Notes under the pieces: generated by a model
What the model saw: only the letters and a program-made list of their open reading frames with translations
Told to the model about the DNA's origin: nothing
Database searches by the model: none
Made by a program: the position numbers and the translations under genes
Assembly: GCA_016180645.1 (NCBI GenBank)
Contig: JACPAV010000033.1
Location: 1 to 64,000 of the forward strand
Reading direction: 5' to 3'
Length of the DNA stretch: 64,000 bases
DNA from: Nitrospirota bacterium
GTDB lineage: Bacteria > JACPQY01
Shown: positions 8,459-18,284 of the stretch, piece after piece
Layout of the letters: the number at the start of each line of letters is the position of its first letter
Numbering within the stretch: position 1 is the stretch's first letter

Positions 8459-8482
8459 AATCGGTTTTACAACCGTTCTCAC

Positions 8483-10555
8483 GTGGTTCGACGGGTTCAC
8501 CACGAACGATCCTCAGCTCACAAATCCTCCGTTCGCCCTGGACCTGCCGAAGCGCGGAGAAACGGGCTTGAGGCCGGTTCTGGGCGCGCCTCTCTGACCC
8601 TGTACTCCTGCGCACTGTTGTTGCTGGTTGCACTCCCCTATCTCAATACGTTTCGGGTCCCTTTCTACGAGGATGACAGACCACACATCACCAACAACCC
8701 TTCCGTGGTTGGAATGGGCGACCTTTCAGCGAAGCGCCTTTGGGATGCTGCTTTCACAAGCCCGCTGCCAAGTCGCCCGGTTCCGAACCTGACTCTCGGG
8801 CTCAACTACTATTTGCACGGCTTCAGCCTGCCTGGATACCATGCTTTCAATCAGCTTGTTCACTCGCTTTGCGTGGTCTTGCTCTTCCATGTCTTCTTTC
8901 TTCTCCTGACTTTCCACGAGAATCAGATCCTGATTCGGAACCGGCGAATGGTTGCGTTTCTCGCGGCCTTGTTGTGGGGGGTCCACCCTATTCACACGCA
9001 GGTGGTGACATACATCGTTCAGCGCATGACGTCCATGGCTGCGCTGTTCTATCTGTCATCTTTCAGGAGCTTCTTGATCTATCGAAATGAAGCTTCCAAG
9101 CATCCGAGTATTCATCGGATCCTATCCTGCCTATTCTATGTTCTCGCACTGGGGTCCAAGGAAACTTCGTTGACGCTTCCCCTATTGGTCCTGATCTACG
9201 AACTCTTGCTCGTCCCGGGCAAGCCCGGCCAGGCTCTCTGGAGGAGATTTTCCGGAACCTTCTTGTTCGGTGGATTGGCCGCAGGCGCATCCGTCTTCTA
9301 CACCATCTTCTACGCAACCGGGTTCAACAAGTTCCAGGTTGCCCTTGGCGTTGAGTCTTTTCCGGGGATTCAAGCTTCACTGGGCATGCTGGTTTCGAGA
9401 GCATTGACGAACTGTCGCGCGTTGTTTTTCTACTTGGAGCTGTTGGGTACTCCCTCCCCAAAGAATCTGAGCCTCTTTCGGGAGTTCGAGGCTTCCCGCT
9501 CTCTCTTCGAACCTCCGACAACAACGCTCGCCTTGCTGGCCACGGCAGGTCTTGTCTGGGCTTGCGTCTCGCTTCGCAAGTCGAACCCGCTTGCCGTGTT
9601 TCTTGTACTCTGGTTTCCGGTGCACTTGAGCGTGGAAGGGGCCATGGCTGGACTCAGAGCCGTTTTCGATCATCGAATGTATCTCTCTTCGGCCGGCGTC
9701 GTCCTGTTATGTGTTGGCCTGCTCGCGCCCAGAATCCTTAGGAACAGAGCGGTCCTGCTCATGGGTCTGGCATCGGTCAGCCTTGCGTTGGGAACAATGA
9801 CGTTACTCAGAAACAGGATTTGGGCAGATCCAGAAACCTTTTGGCAATTGGCGGTGAAAAATAGCCCCTCGCAGCCCGGCGCTTGGAACAATCTTGGCAT
9901 CGTCTACGCGGAGAAAGGCCGCTACGAAGAAGCCTTGGGCTACTACGAAGAGAGCTTGCACAGGAACCCCAACTACCTGTTTGCTCACCAGAACCGGGCG
10001 CATGCCTTTATCCAATTGGGAGAATACGAGAAAGCACTGACAGCCGCTGAATTTGTGCTGTCGATCGATTCCGGTTGGGCAAAAAGCCACGAAATCGCCG
10101 CGATGGCCTGCGAAAAGCTGGGAGATAGCGCCCAAGCACTCTCCCACTACGAGAAGGCCGCCGCCCTCTCCAAGACTGCGCATAGCTATGCCCTGTTGGG
10201 CAGTTACCTGAGCAGGTTGGCTGAGTGGCAGGAAGCTGCCCACGCCTACCAAAAGGCCCTCGACCGAGACCCGAGGTACGAAGACGTTTACGTCAACCTA
10301 GGTGCGCTTTACCTGCTTAATCTGAACAAGCCCACGGAGGCTCGCAAGATCGCGGAAAAAGGTCTCGATCACTCCCCAGAAGACCCCGATCTTCTGGTTA
10401 TTGCGGGCCTCTCGCACTGTCAACTCCTGGACTTTCCTGTCGCGCTAACCCTCCTGTGGAGAGCCAAGGGGCTTACCTCCCCCGGGTATCCGAGATTAGG
10501 ACTCCTTGAGGATGGACTGGCCAAGGCTTCGAATGGAATCCGATGTTTCAGATAG
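8483..10555 (+). CDS. TMTC-like membrane glycosyltransferase (GT-C) with C-terminal TPRs; start uncertain
   Basis: FYEDD loop, RPVPNLT, HPIHTQVVTYIVQR, SKET, DHRMYL motifs, many TM segments, TPRs (AWNNLGIVY..A..YY). Confidence 0.85.
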   Translation: MVRRVHHERSSAHKSSVRPGPAEARRNGLEAGSGRASLTLYSCALLLLVALPYLNTFRVPFYEDDRPHITNNPSVVGMGDLSAKRLWDAAFTSPLPSRPVPNLTLGLNYYLHGFSLPGYHAFNQLVHSLCVVLLFHVFFLLLTFHENQILIRNRRMVAFLAALLWGVHPIHTQVVTYIVQRMTSMAALFYLSSFRSFLIYRNEASKHPSIHRILSCLFYVLALGSKETSLTLPLLVLIYELLLVPGKPGQALWRRFSGTFLFGGLAAGASVFYTIFYATGFNKFQVALGVESFPGIQASLGMLVSRALTNCRALFFYLELLGTPSPKNLSLFREFEASRSLFEPPTTTLALLATAGLVWACVSLRKSNPLAVFLVLWFPVHLSVEGAMAGLRAVFDHRMYLSSAGVVLLCVGLLAPRILRNRAVLLMGLASVSLALGTMTLLRNRIWADPETFWQLAVKNSPSQPGAWNNLGIVYAEKGRYEEALGYYEESLHRNPNYLFAHQNRAHAFIQLGEYEKALTAAEFVLSIDSGWAKSHEIAAMACEKLGDSAQALSHYEKAAALSKTAHSYALLGSYLSRLAEWQEAAHAYQKALDRDPRYEDVYVNLGALYLLNLNKPTEARKIAEKGLDHSPEDPDLLVIAGLSHCQLLDFPVALTLLWRAKGLTSPGYPRLGLLEDGLAKASNGIRCFR
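8484..8552. repeat. Degenerate TTCGAC..GTCGAA-family element overlapping the next ORF start
   Basis: TGGTTCGACGGGTTCACCACGAACG ... CGTTCGCCCTGGACCTGCCGAAG. Confidence 0.65.
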
Positions 10556-10574
10556 ACTTATCGCCGCCATGCTT

Positions 10575-12723
10575 TCATGGCGCCGCGGCACGTGCAAGGT
10601 ATATATCTCCATCCTGTTCCCATGCGACAGTGACATTTCGGTCAGAATCCACGTGGATGGCAGGTCTAGTGTGGAATCGGCCACTGGAGAGTGAAACAGT
10701 GGGACCAAAAGTAGCGCCACCGTTCGAAGAGCGTCGTAGCCCGATGGAAGATGAGAGCAAGGATCCCACAGGGGGAAAAACTTCGGCCACAACGTAAACA
10801 TTCCCCGCATTGTCGGCATCGACATCGGGTTCACCTCCGGACACTCCCGTCCCAAATATGTCCACCGGGATTGAGAATGTCGCGCCGCTGTCTAGGGAAC
10901 GGCTAAACAAGAGTCTATAGGGGCAGGTGCTATTGGTACGGTCGCAGTCGCGCCAAATCGCATAGGTGCCTGTGCTGGCAGATGAAGTTGCTGGTATCTC
11001 GGACCACCCTGGATTATTGGATACATTTACGGGCGGGGAAAAGCTGACACCACTGTCAGCCGAGCGAATGAAGAAAATGTCGCGTTGCGTTTCCCAAGAT
11101 CCTATGGGATAGCTCGCGACTACAGAGACAGCGCCTGGACCCGGGCCTGTCGCGACATCGGTGAAGGCTGGACCTCCCAGCGGCAGTTGCACGGCCGGCA
11201 GGAAGCTGGATTCAGCATCAGTTGAGCGTCTCAGCTTGATGGCCCCCGTAGCCAGTTCATTGTAAGTCACGTACACGGTTCCAATCACCTGCGTATCGGC
11301 TGCCACGATTATGTGGACCGGTCGCACGCCAGGAGTGGAGATGGAGATGGGTAAGGAAAAGGTACTCCCTCCGTCCAGCGAGCGGCGGAAGAGCACCTCT
11401 CCGGTGACTTGGTTGCGCGTCGCAACAAAGACCTGGCCTGCTGCATTCGCCGCTACGGATGGGGTGGACTCTAGATACTCCACCGTGAGGCCGGCGAGCG
11501 CCGTAAGGTCCATAGCAGGCGAGAAACCTACGCCTCCATCGGTTGACTTGGTGAACATGATGTGGACCTCGCCCCCCCCCAAATGTTGCTGCCATATTAC
11601 GTAAATTGTACTCGGGGCAACACTTGCTACGGCTGCGAAACCTTTGCCTATGAGAGGCGTACCTGAAACGTTAATAGGGGTGGAAAACACCAGAGGGCAT
11701 GTCCCGCAATCACTTGAACAAGATGAGCAGGTTTCCGCTGGCGCATCACAAACGCTCTGAGAGGTCGCGTTGGGCGAAAAGAGCACGCTTGGGGCAACAC
11801 CCGAAACGTAGGTCCAGAGATACCCGAGCGAGGCCGAGGTTTGCTCCAGATCGCTGGAATGCACCCCGATGAGTTGAGTCGCTGGAAACCGGCTGGAATC
11901 TGCATCCGCGACAGCCGTTGGTGCCGTGTTCGTGGCACAAGCAGAGGTCCCCACACTTGGGGTAACGGGAGATGTCCCGTTGTTGTTTCCGACAACTTGG
12001 AAGTTCCGTAACTTCCCACCGGAGCCTATTGTAATACTCCCTGTGAAGTTTCCACCAACAAAGATATTCTCCACTGTCGAACCACCTTGGATGAAAATAT
12101 CGCCGCTGAGGTTACCGTCGATCACGATGCTTTTCACCTCCGCGGGCCAAGATACCGTAATTCCGCTTCCAGGGTTCAGATTTCCGGTGATGTGAAGTGT
12201 ACTTACGTCGGCGGAAATGTTTATGGGCTGATTTACATTTCCCGTGATATCAACGGTGCCTGTTGGGGCATCAATGTTCCAAGTGTTGGTGACAGCAGTC
12301 AATCCCCCCAACACGGCCAGCGAGCCAAGAGGGCCATCGATCGTCCCGACACCGAGAAAAGGACCACCCAGAACAATTTCGTGTAGAGTTCCCCCCATGA
12401 GTACTTCACGCGCGTGTCCTTTGACGCTGATCGAGGTGTGCGGGCCGACTGCGGAGGAGAGAATCTCGTCGACGTTACCTCTTGCGATAATCTGGATCGA
12501 GCGGTCGTTGGAACCCAATACCACCAGTCTTGCGACATGGTGCGGGATCGAAACGACTTGAGAAGAGATCAGGGAGATATCAATTGTAACGTCCTTCGGA
12601 GGGCCAATTGGAATACCCCCCCCCCCCCGCTGACACAATTCCGCCCACGTCGACCAGTCCAACAAAACCAATAACGGCTGCAAGAATCCAAGGCTTGATT
12701 CCAGACGCTCCTGAATGTTTCAC
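10575..12723 (-). pseudogene. Secreted BNR/Asp-box repeat protein frameshifted at a G13 tract (phase-OFF or homopolymer error)
   Basis: RBS AAGGAGG, GTG 12723 and signal peptide in one frame; body with repeated S-x-D-x-G-x-x-F boxes in another; deleting one G from C13 at 12616-12628 fuses them. Confidence 0.75.
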
Positions 12724-12935
12724 TGTTTCACCTCCTTCATTTCGCTTGGCTAGCGGCCCGCCATGTCGAGAGCTCCCCTCCCCCCGATGATACGCAAACC
12801 CCCCCCCCTTTTGCACTAATCCAACCTCCTACGGCTTTCCTATGAGGTTCCCTTCTGTTTGTCAAGCTTGAAGTGTTTTCATGCGCTGAGGCTAATGCCG
12901 CTCGACCACCCAGGGGAATCCTACAGTCTTACCTA

Positions 12936-15203
12936 CTACACCGCGGAACCGTTCGCGCGACTGACCGTGGGACGCTCCGTCTTTCGACGCCGCAGCCCCC
13001 ACGCTCCCCCACGCCGTTTCCGAAGGGGAGCCGGCGCGCCGTAGGTGTATCGCTGGTAGTAGTAGTATTGCGAGGACATTCCCTTCAGATCGATGGCGTT
13101 CACCAGCACCCCGGCCAGATTGATGCGGTGGTCGCGCAGCACCTGCACACACCGCTGAAGCGTCTCGCGCGGCGCGCGGCCGGCCCGGTAGACGAGAATC
13201 GCCACGTCCGCTTTCTGTCCCACGATCGTCGCATCGGCGACGGCCATGACCGGCGGAGTATCCACAATCACAACATCGAACTGTGCTCGGAGATCGTCGA
13301 AGAAAGACGTGGCGATCAGTTGTTCCAGGCTTTCGGCGGGATGAGCATCGATCCCTCCCGAGGGAATGATCCGGAAATAGTCCAACCCCGGCCCGCTCGT
13401 CAGCATCTTTGAACTGATTCCCTGGGCGAAAAGATCGGAAACGCCCAGCGCGGCCTCGGACCACAGCCGCCCCTCATGGATGACGCTTCTCAAGCCATCC
13501 ACCTCTTTCAACCCGAGGGTTTTCGCCAGAACGGGTCGGCGCATGTTGCATTCGACATAAATGGCCCGAAGCCCCGTCTGCGCAAAAGCCAGCGTCAGGC
13601 CCATCGAAATCATGCTCTTGCCCTCCTGCGGAGTGGCCGAACACACCATGATCATCCTGTTGCGCCCGAATTCGCGAAGGAGACGGGTCCGCAGGGAGCG
13701 GAACGACTCCGAGATCGTCGCCTTCGGCTCGGTGTGGACGACCCAGTAAGCCCGGCGATTTCGCGATTCTGCGTCCTCACCTTCCCCGGAACCCGGCTCA
13801 GGTTGGTAGTAGGGGACGACCCCCAAGACGATCGAGCCCAGGAGGGCCTCGATATCCAGGATGTTCGTGAGCGAGAAATCAAAACTTTCCCGCACGAGGG
13901 CAAGCCCAATGCCCACGATCAATCCCAGGATGACCGCGACGAGTTGAGGCCGCACCTGCTGCTTCCCGAACCGGGGGGTTCTGGGAAGGATGGCCGGTTG
14001 AATGATTTCGGCTCTCGAAACCGTGTAGGCGCTCTTGATCCGGTTTTCCTGGTACTCCTTCTCCAGAAAGATGGACATTTCTTCGATGACGGTCACCTCT
14101 TTCTCGAGTTTGTAGAGCTGGGATTCGAGGTCAAGGAGCGCGCGGTTCTGCTCCCGATACCTCTGGATCTGTTCCTCGAGTCGGGCGTCGTCCTCCAAGA
14201 GCGAGCGAAGAAGTCCCTCAAGACTTTGCACCAGGCTCCGGCGGGAGTTCTCGAGCCGGCCCATGGCCGATTTGACCGACGGATGGTTCGGGGTCTGGTC
14301 GTTCGAAAGGTCGATGACTTCGCGCAGGGAGGCGCGGATGTCATTCTCGGCTGCGGCCAGATCCGGATCGATCTTGCGGATCCGGAGTTCTTCCAGCATC
14401 TGGAGAGTGACCGCGCCCTTGTCCAGCGTATTCAAGGCCGTCGCCGTCTGCGCCCTCTTCACCTCCAGGGATTCCTTCTGGCGAATAAGCGCCTCGTGCC
14501 CTGCCACCGCTGCCGCGATCTGGGGCTGCAGACTCAGAAAGTTGTTTTGGAGTTTGAATTCGTTGAGCTTCCGCTGGGCATCATCGAGCGATCGCGCAAG
14601 CTCCTGTTTCTGTCCCCGGACAAACTTCAGGACCTCTTCGTTGGATTTCTGCGAACTCTGCGAGTAGTACTCCACGTAGGCTTGGGCAACGGCGTTGGCC
14701 AAGTCGCGGGCCCTCGGCGGCGAGGGGTCTACAACCGTCAGGGTAAGGATCGCGGAATTCTCCACGCGCGAGACCTTCAGCTTCCCCCTCAAATCGGTCA
14801 GGAGTCCGAGCCACTGCTCCGAGCTGCTTACCGTTTCCCAACCGATGTCGGGGGGAATCACGCCGACCTTTTTCAGTGCCTCCGTGAGGAGAGGGAAACT
14901 TTGAACCACCTGTACCTGGCCCTGGGCCTCGGCGGCCGCGCTGTATTCGACGAACCCCATCTCCTTCTCAAATTGCCCCTTGATTTCAACGCTGGCCTGG
15001 GCTTCGTAGACGGGCTCTCGGGCCGGTTTGAAAAAGAAGCTGGCTCCAAAAGACGCCAGCACCGTGAGGGCGACGATATACCGGCGACGATAGAGGATGC
15101 CCATGAAGCGCCGGATGTCCATCCCGGCCCCGGCGGGTTGCATGTGATGCACCACGGGCGGCGGTGTGGGGCGTGGAATGGCGGGCAGAACGGGGTCAGT
15201 CAC
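12936..15203 (-). CDS. Wzc-like polysaccharide co-polymerase / BY tyrosine kinase
   Basis: Two TMs around a coiled coil, ESFRSLRT, Walker A PQEGKS, IVDTPP, C-terminal YYYY cluster. Confidence 0.9.
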   Translation of the reverse strand: MTDPVLPAIPRPTPPPVVHHMQPAGAGMDIRRFMGILYRRRYIVALTVLASFGASFFFKPAREPVYEAQASVEIKGQFEKEMGFVEYSAAAEAQGQVQVVQSFPLLTEALKKVGVIPPDIGWETVSSSEQWLGLLTDLRGKLKVSRVENSAILTLTVVDPSPPRARDLANAVAQAYVEYYSQSSQKSNEEVLKFVRGQKQELARSLDDAQRKLNEFKLQNNFLSLQPQIAAAVAGHEALIRQKESLEVKRAQTATALNTLDKGAVTLQMLEELRIRKIDPDLAAAENDIRASLREVIDLSNDQTPNHPSVKSAMGRLENSRRSLVQSLEGLLRSLLEDDARLEEQIQRYREQNRALLDLESQLYKLEKEVTVIEEMSIFLEKEYQENRIKSAYTVSRAEIIQPAILPRTPRFGKQQVRPQLVAVILGLIVGIGLALVRESFDFSLTNILDIEALLGSIVLGVVPYYQPEPGSGEGEDAESRNRRAYWVVHTEPKATISESFRSLRTRLLREFGRNRMIMVCSATPQEGKSMISMGLTLAFAQTGLRAIYVECNMRRPVLAKTLGLKEVDGLRSVIHEGRLWSEAALGVSDLFAQGISSKMLTSGPGLDYFRIIPSGGIDAHPAESLEQLIATSFFDDLRAQFDVVIVDTPPVMAVADATIVGQKADVAILVYRAGRAPRETLQRCVQVLRDHRINLAGVLVNAIDLKGMSSQYYYYQRYTYGAPAPLRKRRGGAWGLRRRKTERPTVSRANGSAV

Positions 15204-15210
15204 GGTCAGG

Positions 15211-15302
15211 AAGTGGACAAGCTATCAAGTGATCGAGCGATCGAGGGGTCAAGGGTTCGAGTCCGGCCCTGGACCACTTGACCACTTGTCCACTCGACCA
15301 CT
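15211..15302. repeat. Two facing octamer arrays filling the intergenic gap
   Basis: AAGTGGAC AAGCTATC AAGTGATC GAGCGATC GAGGGGTC AAGGGTTC (15211-15258) and reverse-complement-type GGACCACT TGACCACT TGTCCACT CGACCACT (15271-15302). Confidence 0.75.
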
Positions 15303-15304
15303 TC

Positions 15305-17041
15305 CTACGCCGCCAGCTGAATGATGCGGAGTTGCGGTGAGGCCCGAAGATCCAGGTATCGGGGTTGGGTCCCGGGCCGCAACTGGGTTTCCACGCGCAC
15401 CACGGGCCTCAGCGGCTCATCAGGGTTGACTTGAACCACCGTTCCCTGGGAACCGCTCGAAAGCAGAACGCGGCTGCCGGGCGGGTACAACGTTACGCAC
15501 CGGAAGGAGGCTTTCCACAGGGCAGAGGAGAATCGGGCGCTCGAGGGATCGCTTCGAGAAGCGAAAAACTCCAGAATGGGCCGTGCGGCGCGCTGGGGCC
15601 GGGGCCGGGCAAGCGCTTCCATCTCGTCGGCCATCCCCACAATCTTGGACCAGGGATGGATCTCCTCCCCCCGGATGGCGTACGGGTAGCCGCTTCCGTC
15701 TTCCCGCTCGTGGTGCTGAACGGCAATGACGGGCAGCAGCGGAAAATCCTTCTCAATGTTGCGGAAGAAGGGCTGGGCCTCCATGGGGTGGATGCGGATC
15801 AGTTTGCGCTCGGGCCCGCGGAGCTCGCGGGGTTCCAGGATGAACGCCCATCGCCGGTCGAGCATCCCGATGTCGTGAAAGAATCCTCCGAGGGCCAACT
15901 CGAAAAGCTCCCAGCGGGATAGACCGAGTTCATGCCCCAGCATGGCGGAGATCAGCCCGACGTTCAGGCAATGATGGAGCTTGAAGCCCCGCTTGTACGA
16001 GGCCGGTGGACAATGAAAAATCCGGTCCAGGTACGCCGAGTTGTTCTCGGGAATGTCGTCGATCACCACTTGGAGGGCCTTTTCAATGGCCGGTGCGATG
16101 AGGAGGGCCTTGTAGGCCGAAGCTTCGGCCATGGTTCGCGTCAGGTGGAATCGCAGATTTTCATAGCGCTGCCCGGCGAGAAAAGATTCGGATTGGAAGT
16201 CTCTTCGCACGGCCGGGGAAAGGGCCGGCGCGAGGGGCGAGGGCACCGGCTGGGGACCGGACGCTGCGGGATGGAGATCTCGGACCGGCGCCGAGAGCCT
16301 CGGGTCCGGCATGCCGATGCCGTATCGCCGGGGTGCGGGGGGAGCCTGGGGGGCGCCGAGGAATGTGGCCAGGCGATTGAAGAGCATGTTCGACCGCTCG
16401 CCCATCTGCTCCGTCGTCTCAAGAACCAGCCGGAGCAGCGCCTTGTTGGATTCCGCATCGCGGCGTTCCACGAATTCATCCGGGGCCGGCTGGGGCCGTT
16501 GCTCGAACGCTCGCGTGATCCGCTCCAGCGTGGATGCGAATTCCTGCCGGCTTTCCTGCGACCGTTCGTCCATTTTCTGCACGGCTTCCAGCATGAGGCG
16601 GCGTGTGTCCCGCCCCTCCTCGGCGGCCCTCGCCGCTTCCTCCTGCGAGGACCGGCGTCGGGATTCCTCCGTGAGAACCGTGATACGTTCGAGCACGCCA
16701 AGAAAATCCTTCCGGTTCTCTTCCGCCCGCTTGTCCATTCGTTCAAGCGACTCCAGCACGAGCCGCCGGGTCTCCCGGGTTTCCTCCCACAGCCGGTTGG
16801 CCGCCTCCTCGTCTCGTTGCGATCGCCGGCCTCCAAGGTCCTGACGGACGGTTTCCACCAGCAGGTCCATCTGCTTGAGCAGCACGTCGCGCATCATGAT
16901 CACGGATGCTGGGGCCGAGACCGCATGACTCTTTTGGCCGGCTTCAGTGGAGGCTGTGGATGAGGTTGGTGTGGCAGGAGGAGAAACCGACGGTTCGTCG
17001 GCGGTGCGAGAATCTTTTCCCCGATCGTCTTGAGCGCTCAT
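15305..17041 (-). CDS. HD-GYP phosphodiesterase with duplicated coiled-coil N-terminus
   Basis: FHDIG and HHEREDGSGYP motifs; two copies of EEAA..TRRL.LE....MD.R..E.R..F...LERIT. Confidence 0.85.
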   Translation of the reverse strand: MSAQDDRGKDSRTADEPSVSPPATPTSSTASTEAGQKSHAVSAPASVIMMRDVLLKQMDLLVETVRQDLGGRRSQRDEEAANRLWEETRETRRLVLESLERMDKRAEENRKDFLGVLERITVLTEESRRRSSQEEAARAAEEGRDTRRLMLEAVQKMDERSQESRQEFASTLERITRAFEQRPQPAPDEFVERRDAESNKALLRLVLETTEQMGERSNMLFNRLATFLGAPQAPPAPRRYGIGMPDPRLSAPVRDLHPAASGPQPVPSPLAPALSPAVRRDFQSESFLAGQRYENLRFHLTRTMAEASAYKALLIAPAIEKALQVVIDDIPENNSAYLDRIFHCPPASYKRGFKLHHCLNVGLISAMLGHELGLSRWELFELALGGFFHDIGMLDRRWAFILEPRELRGPERKLIRIHPMEAQPFFRNIEKDFPLLPVIAVQHHEREDGSGYPYAIRGEEIHPWSKIVGMADEMEALARPRPQRAARPILEFFASRSDPSSARFSSALWKASFRCVTLYPPGSRVLLSSGSQGTVVQVNPDEPLRPVVRVETQLRPGTQPRYLDLRASPQLRIIQLAA

Positions 17042-17169
17042 CCTTGTCGCTCCCGGGCCCGGTCAAAGGACCGTCCCAAAAGTTCACAACATACTACCAG
17101 TAATTCTCAAAAAGTCAATCGGGAGGCGGGATTGGTGGTTGTCCTGAAGTTCGGAAACACGGGCAACCT

Positions 17170-18114
17170 TCACGCTTCATTCCCTTTAGGCCGGAATCGC
17201 GCGGCGGCGTGCGACGTCAAATCCCGTCCAAGGTGCGCGGCAATTTTCCAGGCCGCCCTCGCCGCCGCCGCGGCATCCACCGACACGCGCGCCCCGGAAT
17301 TCTCGAGCGCGAAAACGACGTCTTCTGTGGCCACGTTTCCCGTCGCGCCGGGAGCATAGGGACATCCCCCCAATCCTCCTGCTGAGGTGTCAAAGGTCCG
17401 GATTCCATATTCTTCCCAGGCCGCCAGGATGTTGCTGATGGAAGTGCCATAGGTGTCGTGGAAATGGAGGGCCAGGACGCCGGGGGCAGTTCGCGTCAGG
17501 AGTTTGTCGAGAAGGGATCGAACGTCATTCGGGACCGCCTTGCCGATGGTGTCACCGATCGAGATCTCCAACACGCCCAAGTCGACGAGCATTCCGGCAA
17601 CCTCCACAATCTTGGATGGGTCGATCTTCCCCTCGAATGGGCAGTAGAAGGCGGTCGAAACGTAGGCCCGCACCGGAAGGTCCTCCCGTTTGGCTCGTTC
17701 CACCACGGGACGGAATCGATCGATCGATTCCGCAATCGACGCATTGATGTTTTTCCGATTGAAGGTCTCGGAGGCAGCGGTGAACACCGCGATCTTGTCG
17801 ACGTGGCATTCGAGCGCCCGCTCGAAGCCTTTCTCGTTCGGGACAAGCGCCGAGTATTTCACACCGGCCACACGAAGGATCGACTTGAGGACCTCTGCCG
17901 AATCGGCGAGCTGAGGGATCCACTTGGGCGAGACGAACGACCCCGCCTCGATTTCCACGACGCCCGTCCGCCCCAACTCGTTGATGAAATCGACCTTGGC
18001 GGCGGTGGGGACAATTCGGGATTCGTTTTGGAGACCATCCCGTGGGCCGACCTCGACGATCCGGATCGGTTGGACGGTTGACGATTGGACTGCTGATGCC
18101 GCGTCTCGTTCCAT
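17170..18114 (-). CDS. Hydroxymethylglutaryl-CoA lyase
   Basis: IVEVGPRDGLQNE, ALHFHDTYG, GLGGCPYAPGATGNVATED; start set at ATG 18114 because upstream sequence is repeat. Confidence 0.93.
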   Translation of the reverse strand: MERDAASAVQSSTVQPIRIVEVGPRDGLQNESRIVPTAAKVDFINELGRTGVVEIEAGSFVSPKWIPQLADSAEVLKSILRVAGVKYSALVPNEKGFERALECHVDKIAVFTAASETFNRKNINASIAESIDRFRPVVERAKREDLPVRAYVSTAFYCPFEGKIDPSKIVEVAGMLVDLGVLEISIGDTIGKAVPNDVRSLLDKLLTRTAPGVLALHFHDTYGTSISNILAAWEEYGIRTFDTSAGGLGGCPYAPGATGNVATEDVVFALENSGARVSVDAAAAARAAWKIAAHLGRDLTSHAAARFRPKGNEA

Positions 18115-18118
18115 CCCG

Positions 18119-18284
18119 GTAGCCGCGGGCTTCAGCCCGCGTCCGAAGAGGACGCTGTAGGGGAGCAGCCTTGGCTGCTCCCTCTTGTTGGGAGGACCTG
18201 AAGGCCATGTTCCATGCCGCGCCATCCCTGGCGCGGCGACATTGCATGGCCCCGTGCCCTCCGTGGCACGGGGTCCTCCCCTAC
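18119..18284. repeat. Intergenic REP cluster with a nested 69-nt hairpin insert
   Basis: GTAG hairpins at 18119 and 18157; third REP GGGAGGACCTGAAGG/TCCTCCCCTAC split by 18205-18273. Confidence 0.85.

Noticed and set aside
15251-15276. GGTTCGAGTCC...ACCA resembling a tRNA 3' end
   Set aside because: T-stem pairs only 2 bp, spacing to CCA is 2 nt short and there is no D or anticodon arm; it is part of the octamer arrays
13476-15281. 601-aa plus-strand ORF (likewise 20115-21419, 32799-33959, 33980-35395, 44324-46189, 61613-63112)
   Set aside because: Antisense shadows of well-supported genes in GC-rich DNA, with no motifs
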